A DNA stretch of 64,000 bases from Synechococcus sp. (GTDB lineage Bacteria; Cyanobacteriota; Cyanobacteriia; Thermostichales; PCC-7336). A program made the translations under genes and the position numbers. The notes beneath the pieces are model-generated. The model had not been told where the DNA came from, did no database searches, and worked only from the letters and a program-made list of their open reading frames with translations. Positions within the stretch are counted from its first letter, which is position 1; the number at the start of each line of letters is the position of its first letter. Location of the stretch: positions 1-64,000 of the forward strand of contig JBFRWD010000103.1 in assembly GCA_051439425.1 (NCBI GenBank), written 5' to 3'. This document shows, one piece after another, positions 9,338-20,144 of the stretch.

Positions 9338-11116
9338 CTACATTGAAGTAGGCGCGTGAATGGCTAGCACTCCTTCCAGCAGGTTGAACAGTACCTGCCG
9401 GGTGGCTTCCACCAACGCTAGTCGAGCATTCGCTAGATCGGGAGTCTCTTTGAGAACATCACCCAAAATACGGCAGCGGTCGTAGAACTTGTGGAAGTCG
9501 CTCGCGATCGCTTCCGCTAATCTGACTACCTTGTGAGTCGCACGCTCTTCTGCCGCCCGCTTCAATTGTTCGGGAACTGCCAGCAATGACATCAACAGCT
9601 TGCGCTCTTCCGGCTCTGTGAAAACCAGAGCCCCATCTTTGATAATCTCCGCAGCAGTCGGAACCTCTAACCCTGCTTCTTTCGCCATGCGAATCAGCGA
9701 GCAGCAGCGGGTGTGGGCATACTGGACGTAGAACACGGGGTTGTCATTGGTTTGCTTGACAGCCAAGTCCAGATCGAAATTTACCTGTGAATCAGCAGAG
9801 TTCGTCAACAGGAACCAGCGGGTAGCATCCACTCCAACGCCAATATCCGGATCGTCAATCAGGTCATTGAGGGTAACGAAGTTACCACTGCGCTTCGACA
9901 TCTTCACTTCTTCCCGCTCCCCCGACTCTTCGTTGGTGCGAAATAGCTTTACGAACTGTCCCAGCAACACTTCCAGGCTGTCTGGGTTGAAACCGAATGC
10001 GCCGACGCTGGCCTTGAGGCGGGAGATGTAGCCGTGGTGGTCGGAGCCCAGGATGTTAATCAGGCGATCGTAGCCCCGCTCTAACTTGTCGCGGTGGTAG
10101 GCGATGTCTGCAGCTAGGTATGTACGCTTGCCGTCTCCTTTGACTACGACTCGATCTTTGTCATCGCCAAAATCTCCCGTCTTAAAATAGGTGGCCTCTT
10201 CCGCCCCATCCTTGGCCGTCTCGTCTTGGCGAGCGGCATTGGATGTATAGAGCAATTCGCGAGTCTGTAGGTCTTCGAGGGTGCGGTCAATTTCACTTTT
10301 GTTGTCCTCACCAATCGCGTGCAAGCGGCGTTCGCTAAACCATTGCTCGAAGTCCGTCCCTAACTCGTGCAGGGTGGCTTTCTGCCAATTCAGCAGTTCC
10401 TCATACGCGTATTCTGTGTAGTCTTCAACGGACTCAATCTGAGAGCCATTAGCGACTAATTTCTCTGCCATCTCCACCAAGTAGGTGCCGCGATAGCTTT
10501 CGTCGGGTAGTTCAATGTCTTCGCCCTGTTGCTGCTTCACCCGCACCTGTAGCGATCGCCCCAAATTCTGCATTTGGTTTCCGGCGTCATTAATGTAGTA
10601 CTCGCGATCGACCTCATGACCGGTCCATGTCAGCAAGTTGGCCAATGTAGAACCAATTGCCGCCCAACGTCCGTGACCGACGTGCAAAGGGCCGGTAGGG
10701 TTAGCTGAAACGAATTCCAGCAGGATTTTTTCGGGGGTTGCGGTGGCCGTTTTGCCAAAGTCATCCTTCATGTCGAGGATGAGCTGCAGTTGCTTCTGAA
10801 CGAACGTCGGCCCCAGACGGAAGTTGATGAACCCTGGCCCGGCAATGGAAACTTCTACATCATCAAGTTGCACCTCGGCCGCAATGGCTTCGGCGATCGC
10901 GCGGGGAGACATGCGACAGACCTTGGCCATTCCCAAGGCGTTAGGGGTGGCGTAGTCACCGTAGGTGGTGTCGTTAGGGATTTCGACGGAAATCTTGAGG
11001 GCTTCTAGCTGCTCTTTCTCTTTCAGAGCCCCGAGATTGCCAGCGGCACTGGCTCGGGCGATCGCGTTGTTCAGTTCGGCTGTCAGCAGTTCGGGGATAG
11101 GTGTGGAGGTTGCCAT
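9338..11116 (-). CDS. argS: Arginine--tRNA ligase
   Basis: [17 protein letters not shown] (HIGH), YYINDAG, KMSKR, YVQYAH. Confidence 0.98.
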   Translation of the reverse strand: MATSTPIPELLTAELNNAIARASAAGNLGALKEKEQLEALKISVEIPNDTTYGDYATPNALGMAKVCRMSPRAIAEAIAAEVQLDDVEVSIAGPGFINFRLGPTFVQKQLQLILDMKDDFGKTATATPEKILLEFVSANPTGPLHVGHGRWAAIGSTLANLLTWTGHEVDREYYINDAGNQMQNLGRSLQVRVKQQQGEDIELPDESYRGTYLVEMAEKLVANGSQIESVEDYTEYAYEELLNWQKATLHELGTDFEQWFSERRLHAIGEDNKSEIDRTLEDLQTRELLYTSNAARQDETAKDGAEEATYFKTGDFGDDKDRVVVKGDGKRTYLAADIAYHRDKLERGYDRLINILGSDHHGYISRLKASVGAFGFNPDSLEVLLGQFVKLFRTNEESGEREEVKMSKRSGNFVTLNDLIDDPDIGVGVDATRWFLLTNSADSQVNFDLDLAVKQTNDNPVFYVQYAHTRCCSLIRMAKEAGLEVPTAAEIIKDGALVFTEPEERKLLMSLLAVPEQLKRAAEERATHKVVRLAEAIASDFHKFYDRCRILGDVLKETPDLANARLALVEATRQVLFNLLEGVLAIHAPTSM

Positions 11117-11224
11117 GATGATTCCGTCAGACGCGATTCTTACTCTACTAGGAGATGGTTACTCTACAAGTAGAGCGGTCTTGATTGTCACCCTCGACGC
11201 CTAAAACATTGAGCCTCTTGCACT

Positions 11225-11329
11225 TACACCAATCAGCAACCCTCTACAGAGGGTTTTCTAATCACCTCTACTTGTCAATCGGGGCTTTGAACTTTCTACA
11301 GACTCCAGACCTTAGAGCGTATTGCTATA
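11225..11329 (-). repeat. Dispersed element family 1, copy E (105 bp)
   Basis: TATAGCAATACGCTCTAAGGTCTGGAG - 51 nt - CTCTGTAGAGGGTTGCTGATTGGTGTA. Confidence 0.75.
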
Positions 11330-11420
11330 ACTGCGGTGGAGTCGACTAGTCTGACATTGCCAATCTGTACAAGCATTCAACTTAATCTTGCACAGGTGAC
11401 ATCTACATTTCATCGAACAA

Positions 11421-12890
11421 TTAGCGGCCGCCGACAGTAATGCCATCTACTTTGATGTGGGGCTGACCAACCGTGACGTAGACACTACCGCTGATGGAGC
11501 CGCAGAAGCCAGCCGCTAGGCCAACATCATCAGCACACATCGAAATCTTGTTCATCACGTCGGTTGCATCGCCAATCAGCACTGCACCTTTGAGAGGTTT
11601 GGACAGCTTGCCGTTTTCAATCAGATAGGCCTCATCCACACCAAAGTTGAACTCGCCAGTCGCGCCAACGCTGCCGCCACCCATCTTCTTGCAGTAAATG
11701 CCCTTATCAATAGAGGCAAACAAGTCGTCCACTGAGTGATTGCCACCACCAATGTAGGTGTTGCGCATACGGCTGGCGGCGGCATAGGTGTAACCCTGGC
11801 GGCGGCCGCTTCCGGTACGGGGGTGGCCGGTGCGCATGGAACCTGCGCGATCGCTAATAAAGTTCTTCAGAATGCCATTCTCAATCAGCAAAGTGCGCTG
11901 CACTGGCATCCCTTCATCATCCATATCGATGGTGCCAAACGCTTCGGGCGACACCCCTTCAGCCCAGGCCGTTAAACTCTCGTGGGCAATCTTCTCTCCC
12001 TTTTTGTCTGCAAATGGTGTGGTCTGGCGCTAAATCTGTGTGGTCTCTAATAAGTGACCACAGGCTTCATGAAAGATAACGCCACCAAACTGGTTGGCCA
12101 TCACAATGGGGTAGGTACCCGACTCCACAAAATCGGCATACAGCATTTTGCCTGCCGACTCGGACACGTCTGCGGCTGCCGAGGTGTAATCCCACCCGCG
12201 CAGGAAGCTGGGGTCGCTGGTGTTGCCGTCCCGACGACCGATGGAAGAACGGTTGTCTCCATCCGCGCACAGCAGGTTGTAACCCACCGATTGAGTCAAG
12301 CGAATATCGCGGGCAAAGGTACCGTCGCTAGCCGCGACTAACACCTCTTGCCAGTCACGGAAATAACTTGCACGGCGCGATTGAATGTGGCTGCCTTGCT
12401 TTTTTAGCTCGCTCGTCCCCGTCAGCAAAATATCGCCCATTTCTTGCATGGAGCTGCAAGCTGGCAACCACGCCTCTTTGCCCTTGATGCTGGCGTAATC
12501 ACGAAACAGCTCAAGGTTGATTTCCGGTACGAACGAACTGGGGCCGGGGACAATCAGGCCCATGATAGACAGGGCTTTTTCTAGCGCAGACTTGAGGCCG
12601 CTAAATGACAAATTATTGGTGCTGACGTAACAATCAGCTTCCCCCACAAACACGCGCACGCCCGCGCCGGTGGAGAGAGCGGGAGAAATGCTGGTGATGC
12701 GATCGTCTTCTGCCAAGCAACTAATGTAGTTACCGCGCTCTAGGAAAAACTCTACAAAATCGGCCCCTGCCGCTCTCCCCAACCCCAATAAGGTAGACAG
12801 CGGTGCCCGCCAGCTTTCATCAAAGCGTTCGGTGGCGAAAGTGTATTTCAGCTGGGGCAGTTCTTTGGAGAGCAGCAATGCTGGGGACAT
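11421..12890 (-). pseudogene. tldD: TldD/PmbA metalloprotease interrupted by in-frame TAG at 12030-12032 (or sequencing error)
   Basis: [37 protein letters not shown] continues in frame into [27 protein letters not shown]. Confidence 0.85.
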
Positions 12891-13292
12891 AAAGGGCGTC
12901 CTTTGGGGTGGTGCAAGCGTTACGTACCCGTCAGTCTAACAAATCGGTTCAGCCTCGCGGGGACTCCGAGGATCGATTAGATTGCGCTCTTCAATCGCTT
13001 TTACGATCGGGATAAGCAGCATCTGTTTCGCCAATTTGCTAGTCCGCGCAGCTAACCCCAAAAGGCATTAGCCCCAAAGTCCTTGGGCCGGGACGAGAAC
13101 TGGTATTGAAAGTCTCTGGTGTAGCGGCGATCCACTGCGCGCATTTGGCTGGCAAACTCGTCGTGGCCCCCACCATGCAATGGATTTGCCGATCGCAGAT
13201 TGGCAAGGGGAGCGCGAGCCGAAACTGCTTGTTTTGCTTATGTTTGGAGGCGATCGGCGATCGCAAGTGTTTAGTCACAATACAGGGCCGGA

Positions 13293-14021
13293 ATGCAGAA
13301 ACCTAAGCTATTGTGTATCGGTCATCGGGGGGCCATGGGTCATGCACCCGAAAATACGCTGGCCTCGATTCGCCAAGCTCTGGATTTAGACTCGCCCTGC
13401 ATTGAAGTTGATGTCTACAACGTTGACGATCGCCTCATCGTTTTTCACGACGATCGCCTGGAACGAACCACCAATGGTGTGGGGTATCTCGGCGAGCAAT
13501 CATTTGGCTACCTGCGAACTTTGGATGCCGGTGGTGGCGAGCATATTCCTACCTTGCAGGAAGTGTGCGCGGAGATCGCGGCGCGAGCTTGCCTCAATAT
13601 CGAACTGAAGGGGCTCAATACCGCCCAACCGGTTGCGGAGTTCATCGCAGAGCTAGTGAAAGAGGGATGGAACGAGGATGCTTTTCTCGTGTCGTCGTTT
13701 AACCATCGCGAACTGGCAAAGATGCGACAGTTGAGCGATCGCATTAAGTTAGGAGCGTTGCTGTGTGGTTTGCCGATTGATGACGCCAAGTTTGCGCAGG
13801 AATTAAGAGCGTTTTCCGTACACCCTTCTTTAGAATTTATCGATCGCCAGTTTGTTGAAGATGCACATTCTAGAAACTTAAAGGTTTACGTATACACGGC
13901 GAACCATACAGAAGACATCGCTAGAATGCACGAGCTTGGAGCAGACGGAGTCTTTACGAATTATCCAGAACGAGTACTCGCTACATATTCGCAGGGAGAT
14001 CGAACGAACCCGTGGAAATGA
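13293..14021 (+). CDS. Glycerophosphodiester phosphodiesterase
   Basis: IGHRGA, PENTL, IEVDV, HDDRLERTTNG, NIELK, DGVFTNYP. Confidence 0.95.
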   Translation: MQKPKLLCIGHRGAMGHAPENTLASIRQALDLDSPCIEVDVYNVDDRLIVFHDDRLERTTNGVGYLGEQSFGYLRTLDAGGGEHIPTLQEVCAEIAARACLNIELKGLNTAQPVAEFIAELVKEGWNEDAFLVSSFNHRELAKMRQLSDRIKLGALLCGLPIDDAKFAQELRAFSVHPSLEFIDRQFVEDAHSRNLKVYVYTANHTEDIARMHELGADGVFTNYPERVLATYSQGDRTNPWK

Positions 14022-14117
14022 TGGGTTCAGTTTGCATCTCTTCGCTACTTCCAGGCATTAGGAACGAATTTATGAGAGTCCTCTTAGCGACTGAATCTCA
14101 GACGACGAGAATTAGCG

Positions 14118-15110
14118 ATGAAAGCAATTGTCTTGACCGAATACGGTTCGTCCGATGTGCTTCAGCTTGCAGATGTAGACAAACCGATCCCTGGCGATGA
14201 TGAGGTCCTAATAAATGTTCGTGCAACATCTGTGAACGATTGGGATTGGTGTCTGAGGAGAGGGAAACCATACTATATTCGATTGCTCTGCGGTCTTCGG
14301 AAACCCAACATTCGCATCCCTGGAGCTGAAGTGGCGGGCGTTATTGAATCGGTTGGGATAAACGTCACCAAGTTTCAACCGGGCGACGCCGTATACGGAG
14401 ATATCTCCGAGTGTGGGTTTAGCGGGTTTGCCGAATACGTCTGCGTGCCGGAGAGTGCTCTAGCGTTGAAACCCGAGCAGATGAGTTTTACGGACGCAGC
14501 AGCAATTCCCCACGCCGGAATGTTGGCACTGCAGGGTTTGGTCGATGTGGGGCAACTGAAACCCGGTCAATCGGTACTGATTAATGGTGCGGGTGGAGGA
14601 GTAGGAACGCTGGGGGTACAGATTGCGAAATCGATGGGAGTGGATGAGATTTCTGGGGTGGATAGTGGGGACAAAGCGGACATGATGCGATCGCTCGGCT
14701 TTACTCAAACGATTGATTACACCCAAGAGGATTTCACCCAAAGCGAGAAACACTACGATCTCATTCTGGATACAAAGACTAATCGTTCGATATTCGACTA
14801 TCTGCGCGTGCTGAAGCCCAACGGCATGTATGTAACTGTGGGTGGCTTCACACCTCAGCTCTTTCAACCCTTACTGTTGGGGCCATTGATTGGCATGGTT
14901 GGCAAGAAACGTGCCCAAATCGTCACTCTAAAACCCAATCAGAATTTAGAGTTTTTCAACGATCTATTCGAGGCCGGCAAGATCGCGCCGATTGTCGATG
15001 GTCCTTACTCATTCGAAGACATTCCCAAAGCCATTCAATATTTTGGAGAAGGTAAACATAAAGGGAAAGTTGTCATCAGCTTAGATGGCAACAGCAAATC
15101 ACTCAACTGA
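14118..15110 (+). CDS. NAD(P)-dependent medium-chain dehydrogenase/quinone oxidoreductase family
   Basis: MKAIV..EYG, VLINGAGGGVG, GKVVI; no Zn-binding GHE motif. Confidence 0.9.
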   Translation: MKAIVLTEYGSSDVLQLADVDKPIPGDDEVLINVRATSVNDWDWCLRRGKPYYIRLLCGLRKPNIRIPGAEVAGVIESVGINVTKFQPGDAVYGDISECGFSGFAEYVCVPESALALKPEQMSFTDAAAIPHAGMLALQGLVDVGQLKPGQSVLINGAGGGVGTLGVQIAKSMGVDEISGVDSGDKADMMRSLGFTQTIDYTQEDFTQSEKHYDLILDTKTNRSIFDYLRVLKPNGMYVTVGGFTPQLFQPLLLGPLIGMVGKKRAQIVTLKPNQNLEFFNDLFEAGKIAPIVDGPYSFEDIPKAIQYFGEGKHKGKVVISLDGNSKSLN

Positions 15111-15199
15111 TGGCTCTGTCTTAAAATCGCCCTCGCTGCAGCCAATACAACAGTTGCGAATCAATTTGTTGATATCTCAATGCAACACGTAACGCCAAC

Positions 15200-15463
15200 C
15201 TAATTCAGCAGATCCATATTTAATCTCGCATTGCAAAATTGACTGATGTGCAACACCGCTTCTCCGTGGTCGGGAATCCAGGCCACCCACTCGTCATCTT
15301 CCAGCGGACAGAGTAATAGCGCTTCGTGATGGCTGTACTCGCTGGGATATTCCAGCAGGGTGACCCACGAATTGGGGTGCACCATATCCAAGAATGGTTG
15401 GGAAAGGTGACTGGGAGCGAATGCCGGAGATTGAACCGGTACACATGCTTCTAATACTTTCAT
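15200..15463 (-). CDS. Small conserved cyanobacterial hypothetical protein
   Basis: WVTLLEYPSEYSHHEALLLC...WVAWIPDHGEAVL pattern, recalled from cyanobacterial hypotheticals. Confidence 0.7.
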   Translation of the reverse strand: MKVLEACVPVQSPAFAPSHLSQPFLDMVHPNSWVTLLEYPSEYSHHEALLLCPLEDDEWVAWIPDHGEAVLHISQFCNARLNMDLLN

Positions 15464-15551
15464 CGGAAAATCCTCTCAAAACAGAGAACTTGCCTGCGAT
15501 CGCACTGGAGCTGGCACAGGCAGCTAATTCAAAATGTTGGCATCTCCGATA

Positions 15552-15567
15552 TGTATCTCATGATACA
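15552..15567. promoter_or_regulatory. Putative NtcA binding site
   Basis: TGTA-TCTCATGA-TACA in the divergent intergenic region 15464-15694. Confidence 0.55.
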
Positions 15568-15694
15568 AAATATATCCATGAATTTTGGCCTATTCCGATA
15601 TTCTTAACGCTATCGCCGTACTCGACGCGACCCGCACCATACTGGTTCAGGATGCCAGGCTACAGTTTGAGAAACAGGTTTCCAGAACGTAGCC

Positions 15695-16564
15695 GTGAGC
15701 CGCTTCTCCACTCTGCACCGCATTGAAACTCTCGATCCCGAGCAAGACCACATCCAGATTTGCCACCTGATGGCGGGCTACGAATTTCCTTGGGATGTGA
15801 CGCGATCGCTGGAGCTAGCTCTGCTCAAGACCTTTTGTATCCCCAGCATCACTCAGTTGCTCGATCGCACGGGGGAGTTCGCCCAACGTCCTCAAAAGCG
15901 CTATGACGATACGGGCTTGATCGTGTCGGAGCTATTCAAGTTTGGATACGAGAGCGATCTCGGGGGGGCGGCACTGGAGCGAATGAATCGCATTCACGGG
16001 CATTTCGCCATCAGCAATCGCGATTATCTCTACGTTCTATCGACCTTTATCTACGAGCCGATTCGGTGGATGGACAGATTTGGTTGGCGGCCGATGTGTG
16101 ACGTGGAGCGGCAAGCGTGCTTCTATTTTTGGCGGGAAATTGGCAAGCGGATGGGAATTCAGGAAATCCCGACGTCTTCTGATGAATTTGATGCATTCAA
16201 CCAAGAGATTGAGCGGGAGCATTTTCAGTTTGCGGACTCAAATCAGGCGATCGCCCATTCCACCCGAGACATGTTTCTAGGATGGTTTCCGAAACCCATA
16301 CATCCTGTTATTCGACCGGGTGTTCATGCATTGGCGGATGAATCGATGCGTGAAGCCGTTGGTTTTCCACATCCTCCAGCGTGGTTAGAGACGATGGTTG
16401 CTAACAGTCTTAAGGTTCGCGGTCGAGTGGTGAGGAAGCTACCTCCGCGATCGCAGTCCAGTTTCTATGCCGATGCCAAACATCGCAGCTATCCAGAAGG
16501 CTATTCATTGGAAAAATTAGGCCCACCTTCAATGGTGGATAAATTGAACAGACCAACCCAATAA
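15695..16564 (+). CDS. MpaB/DUF2236 oxygenase family protein
   Basis: PQKRYDDT, MNRIHG, DYLYVLSTF, FWREIGKRMGI. Confidence 0.88.
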   Translation: MSRFSTLHRIETLDPEQDHIQICHLMAGYEFPWDVTRSLELALLKTFCIPSITQLLDRTGEFAQRPQKRYDDTGLIVSELFKFGYESDLGGAALERMNRIHGHFAISNRDYLYVLSTFIYEPIRWMDRFGWRPMCDVERQACFYFWREIGKRMGIQEIPTSSDEFDAFNQEIEREHFQFADSNQAIAHSTRDMFLGWFPKPIHPVIRPGVHALADESMREAVGFPHPPAWLETMVANSLKVRGRVVRKLPPRSQSSFYADAKHRSYPEGYSLEKLGPPSMVDKLNRPTQ

Positions 16565-16608
16565 CATTGCAGTCGTACCCGATCGTTAGAAATGTTAGTC
16601 CGAACTCC

Positions 16609-16710
16609 TATAGCTTTCTGCAATCAGCCATGGAGAGTCCTTTATCCATGTTTCAGGTAGGTCAAAGTATAGCTGTCTCCGCACTCCAAGTCTTACGGCT
16701 GATTGCCATA
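16609..16710 (-). repeat. Dispersed element family 1, copy D1 (102 bp)
   Basis: TATGGCAATCAGCCGTAAGACTTGGAG - 48 nt - CTCCATGGCTGATTGCAGAAAGCTATA. Confidence 0.8.
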
Positions 16711-16814
16711 GCAAGAGTTCGGAAACACGCCGACTTTCTGCAATTTATCGATAGCAAACGGCTCTGAAATCGAGAGTTCTAGAAAGGCTCCAGACCTTAC
16801 AACGGGTTGCCATA
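16707..16814 (-). repeat. Family-1-related element D2, tandem with D1 (shared CATA)
   Basis: Left end TATGGCAACCCGTTGTAAGGTCTGGAG; different interior; ends TTGCTATG. Confidence 0.6.
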
Positions 16815-17134
16815 TGTATCCTGATGATCGCCAACCTTTCAAAGACCAACTCAAGCGCGAGCTGGAAGAATCTGAGTGGTTGCAGAAGTATCGACAAATG
16901 GCGCAGTCGCTGCTGGCGCTGAAAGCCAATGTACCGCTGACCGAATTGTGCGATCTGAAATGGGATACCGACACCGATTCCCTCTTGATTCGCTGTCCGA
17001 ATGCTGAAGTGTGGGAGAGCTTGAAAACCCAGCTCACTGATATTCGCTGCCTGGAAATTTCAGCCACTCAGGTCATCCTCCAATTCAGCGATCGCGAGGA
17101 TATCGACATCTCGTCTCTTGAAAGCACGAGCTAA
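16814..17134 (+). CDS. Hypothetical protein
   Basis: 106-aa ORF with protein-like composition; stop overlaps the convergent gene. Confidence 0.6.
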   Translation: MYPDDRQPFKDQLKRELEESEWLQKYRQMAQSLLALKANVPLTELCDLKWDTDTDSLLIRCPNAEVWESLKTQLTDIRCLEISATQVILQFSDREDIDISSLESTS

Positions 17135-17703
17135 AGTGAATCCCCGCAAAACTGCCACTCCCGATCGATCTCCCAATTGCGCCCGTTATGCTGCAGCAGC
17201 GTTAACTGGGTGGATGTGTATTCGGCTTGAAACGCTCGCCCCTCAAACTCCGCCCACGCTACGTGAAAGTTCTTTGTCGATAAATCTCGATTCGCCACTG
17301 TCACATGCGGACTAAACACTCTCTTATTCGCCATCGGATCGACTAATTCCAAGCGATCGGCCAGAAACACCTGCAGGCGCTCGTATGCCTCCATCAAGAC
17401 CGATGACTTGAACGGTCGAACATAAATGACGCGGGGTGGAAATGCTCCAAACCCCGACAGAGTCACGGGAATCTCGGCTTGAGATCCTGCAAAATCAGCT
17501 AAGCATTCAAACTGGCTGACTTGCGACCGTGGCCATTTAAACGGAGGAAACACCGTGATGTGGGGAGGGGATTTGAACGCATGGCGGCTGTTGAAGCGAT
17601 CGCTAAACTCTTGCTTGATGGCCGTAATTCTGGCTTGGATATCTGGTGGCGGTAGCAGCGCCAAGAAGAACAGTGATTGACCAGAATTCTGACTCACAAG
17701 CAC
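17131..17703 (-). CDS. 2'-5' RNA ligase / 2H phosphoesterase family
   Basis: Two HxT motifs (PPHITV, SPHVTV), FFLALLPP, GFGAF. Confidence 0.92.
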   Translation of the reverse strand: MLVSQNSGQSLFFLALLPPPDIQARITAIKQEFSDRFNSRHAFKSPPHITVFPPFKWPRSQVSQFECLADFAGSQAEIPVTLSGFGAFPPRVIYVRPFKSSVLMEAYERLQVFLADRLELVDPMANKRVFSPHVTVANRDLSTKNFHVAWAEFEGRAFQAEYTSTQLTLLQHNGRNWEIDREWQFCGDSL

Positions 17704-17861
17704 ATCAGATTCGCTCTATTGCACCAGCCAGTTTATCCGAGTTGAATCCGCTTTATTGGCTGACGATTGATTGGCGATCGAAGTAGGGGTCGCAGCACTC
17801 AGAAAAGCGGACTATCTTAGTGTCAACAATTTTTGTCCGGCGTCACAACGCAAGAGGGAGT

Positions 17862-18344
17862 ATGGGCGCGATCGCTAGCTTTTTGGCCGCTATCTTGTTC
17901 GCCAGCTTAATTGAATATTGGGTGCACCGCCTGATGCATGCCTCCCAGCGCATCGGCACCCGCCACCGAGACCACCATCGCCGCAACGAGGGTCAAGGGG
18001 TGGTGTGGGAATTTCGCGATTACCTCTTGGGAAGTTGCCTGCTATTTATACCTCCCTTCTTCATTTCGATCGCGATCGGTCTTTCCTGGATATGCGGGGC
18101 AACCCTCTACGCTGCCTTCTCTGCCTATGCCCACCAACTGCAACACGAAAATCCCGCCCGCTGCATTTGGATGCCAATGCCCGTCCATTACGTTCACCAC
18201 AAATACGGCATGTGGCACCACAACTTTGGTCTGGCCGTAGATTGGTGGGATCGCATTTTCGGTACTTACAAACCGGTGGAATGGCTGACGGAGGAAGAGT
18301 TGCAGAAAGCGGGGCGATCGCCCTGGCAATTGCGCTGGTGGTAA
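17862..18344 (+). CDS. Sterol desaturase / fatty acid hydroxylase family
   Basis: His boxes EYWVHRLMH, HRDHH, HQLQH, HYVHH; NFG..VDWWDRIFGT. Confidence 0.9.
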   Translation: MGAIASFLAAILFASLIEYWVHRLMHASQRIGTRHRDHHRRNEGQGVVWEFRDYLLGSCLLFIPPFFISIAIGLSWICGATLYAAFSAYAHQLQHENPARCIWMPMPVHYVHHKYGMWHHNFGLAVDWWDRIFGTYKPVEWLTEEELQKAGRSPWQLRWW

Positions 18345-18510
18345 AGGGGTCAACTCGCGACGCTAAACCTGACCGATCGTCTAATCTCTCTTCCACCACG
18401 ACCCCTTTCCCCTATCACGATCGTGGTTTCGAAAGGAATCGACCACTTATTAGAGCGATCGCACTGTTTGTGTGTATCGTTCAAGATGGCCAACTTACTT
18501 TTTTCTAACC

Positions 18511-19617
18511 ATGACCGCTGCATCTGCCAAAACCGACTACACCATTACAATTTTGTCGGGTGATGGCATTGGCCCGGAAATCATGGCCGTGGGTGTAGAT
18601 GTCCTCAAGGCGATCGGCGGGCAATTTGGACTGACCTGGACGTTCAACGAAGCATTGGTGGGAGGAGTAGCCTACGCCGAAACCGGCCATCCTTTACCGG
18701 AGGAAACATTACAAACCTGCCGCGCGTCTGACAGCGTCTTCTTAGCAGCCGTAGGGGACTTCAAATACGACAATTTGCCTGCCGACCTGCGTCCGGAGCA
18801 AGCACTCTTGGGCCTCCGCGCCGGTCTCGGGCTATTTGCGAACTTACGCCCCGTCCAAATTTTTCCTCAGCTGATCGACGCGTCTACCCTCAAGCGAGAG
18901 GTGATTGAAGGCATTGACTTGATGGTGGTACGGGAACTGACCGGCGGTATTTACTTCGGCCAACCCAAAGGTGTCTTCAGTCAAGAAGATGGGACCCAGC
19001 GGGGCGTCAGCACGATGGCCTATATGGATAGCGAGATCGACCGGATCGGAAAAGTTGCATTCGATATGGCGATGAAGCGGGGCAAGAAAGTTTGCTCGGT
19101 CGATAAAGCTAACGTGTTGAACGTCTCTCAACTTTGGCGGCAACGGATGACTGACTTGGCCACAGACTATCCCGAAGTGGAACTGTCCCACATGTACGTG
19201 GATAATGCCGCCATGCAACTGGTGCGCTGGCCCAAGCAATTTGACGTCATGGTGACCGGCAACATGTTTGGAGACATCTTGTCGGATGAGGCGTCTATGC
19301 TGACCGGCTCTATCGGTATGTTGCCCTCTGCCTCGTTAGGTGCCGATGGTCCCGGCGTGTTCGAACCCGTCCACGGTTCTGCCCCCGACATTGCCGGACA
19401 AGACAAAGCGAACCCCATCGCCCAAGTACTTTCGGGGGCCATGATGCTGCGCTACAGCCTCGACCAACCGGACGCGGCCACTCGCATCGAGCAGGCGGTG
19501 TCTCTGGTCCTCGAACGCGGCTATCGCACCGGAGATATCGCGTCTGATGGCTCCCGAGTGGTAGGGTGTCGCGAGATGGGCGACAAAATTTTGGCAGCGA
19601 TTTCCGAGTTAGGGTAA
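18511..19617 (+). CDS. leuB: 3-isopropylmalate dehydrogenase
   Basis: [44 protein letters not shown]. Confidence 0.98.
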   Translation: MTAASAKTDYTITILSGDGIGPEIMAVGVDVLKAIGGQFGLTWTFNEALVGGVAYAETGHPLPEETLQTCRASDSVFLAAVGDFKYDNLPADLRPEQALLGLRAGLGLFANLRPVQIFPQLIDASTLKREVIEGIDLMVVRELTGGIYFGQPKGVFSQEDGTQRGVSTMAYMDSEIDRIGKVAFDMAMKRGKKVCSVDKANVLNVSQLWRQRMTDLATDYPEVELSHMYVDNAAMQLVRWPKQFDVMVTGNMFGDILSDEASMLTGSIGMLPSASLGADGPGVFEPVHGSAPDIAGQDKANPIAQVLSGAMMLRYSLDQPDAATRIEQAVSLVLERGYRTGDIASDGSRVVGCREMGDKILAAISELG

Positions 19618-19790
19618 TAAGCAGTCCGGCGGATAATCCCCTACAGATACTGCCTGCATTCATCACAGCGATCCCTTGGCCATGCCGTTGTGATGAATGG
19701 CGAAACATGCATATCCCCGGTCATCTGAGAAGTACCAACCCTTGGTAGACTCGGAAGATCGTTATTCTTGCAACCTCCACCAGAGCGACT

Positions 19791-20102
19791 ATGGGCTCCA
19801 AACAGCGACTGAGTATCAACGAGCGAGCCCAACTGGCGGCAGAAGTAGCCAGGCCCTTTCGGTCAATGCGGCAATTGATTTATGGCACGTGCCTTGCCTC
19901 TGGGGGGATTGGAGCGTTTGTGTTTTTCTTCAGGGCATTAGCAGGACGAGACTTGGAAACGACATTGCCCAGTCTGGCCTTGCAGCTCGGAGTCATGGCT
20001 GGCGCGTTCTCCCTATTGAGATGGGAGCGCCAACGACAAGCTAAGCTCGAAACTCGATTGCGAGAACAGATGCGCTCGGGCAACTTCCCCGGTGGGTCTT
20101 AA
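19791..20102 (+). CDS. DUF3493 domain membrane protein
   Basis: L.AEVARPFR..RQ.IY....ASG.IG.FVF, two TM helices. Confidence 0.75.
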   Translation: MGSKQRLSINERAQLAAEVARPFRSMRQLIYGTCLASGGIGAFVFFFRALAGRDLETTLPSLALQLGVMAGAFSLLRWERQRQAKLETRLREQMRSGNFPGGS

Positions 20103-20144
20103 GGGCAAAGCGTGGATAGCATTGATTGAATCTCTAGGTTCGCT

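Noticed and set aside
17131..17703. 2H phosphoesterase as an anti-defence or ring nuclease partner of the island
   Set aside because: Host-like composition with HIP1, 8 kb from the island, and a common housekeeping family.
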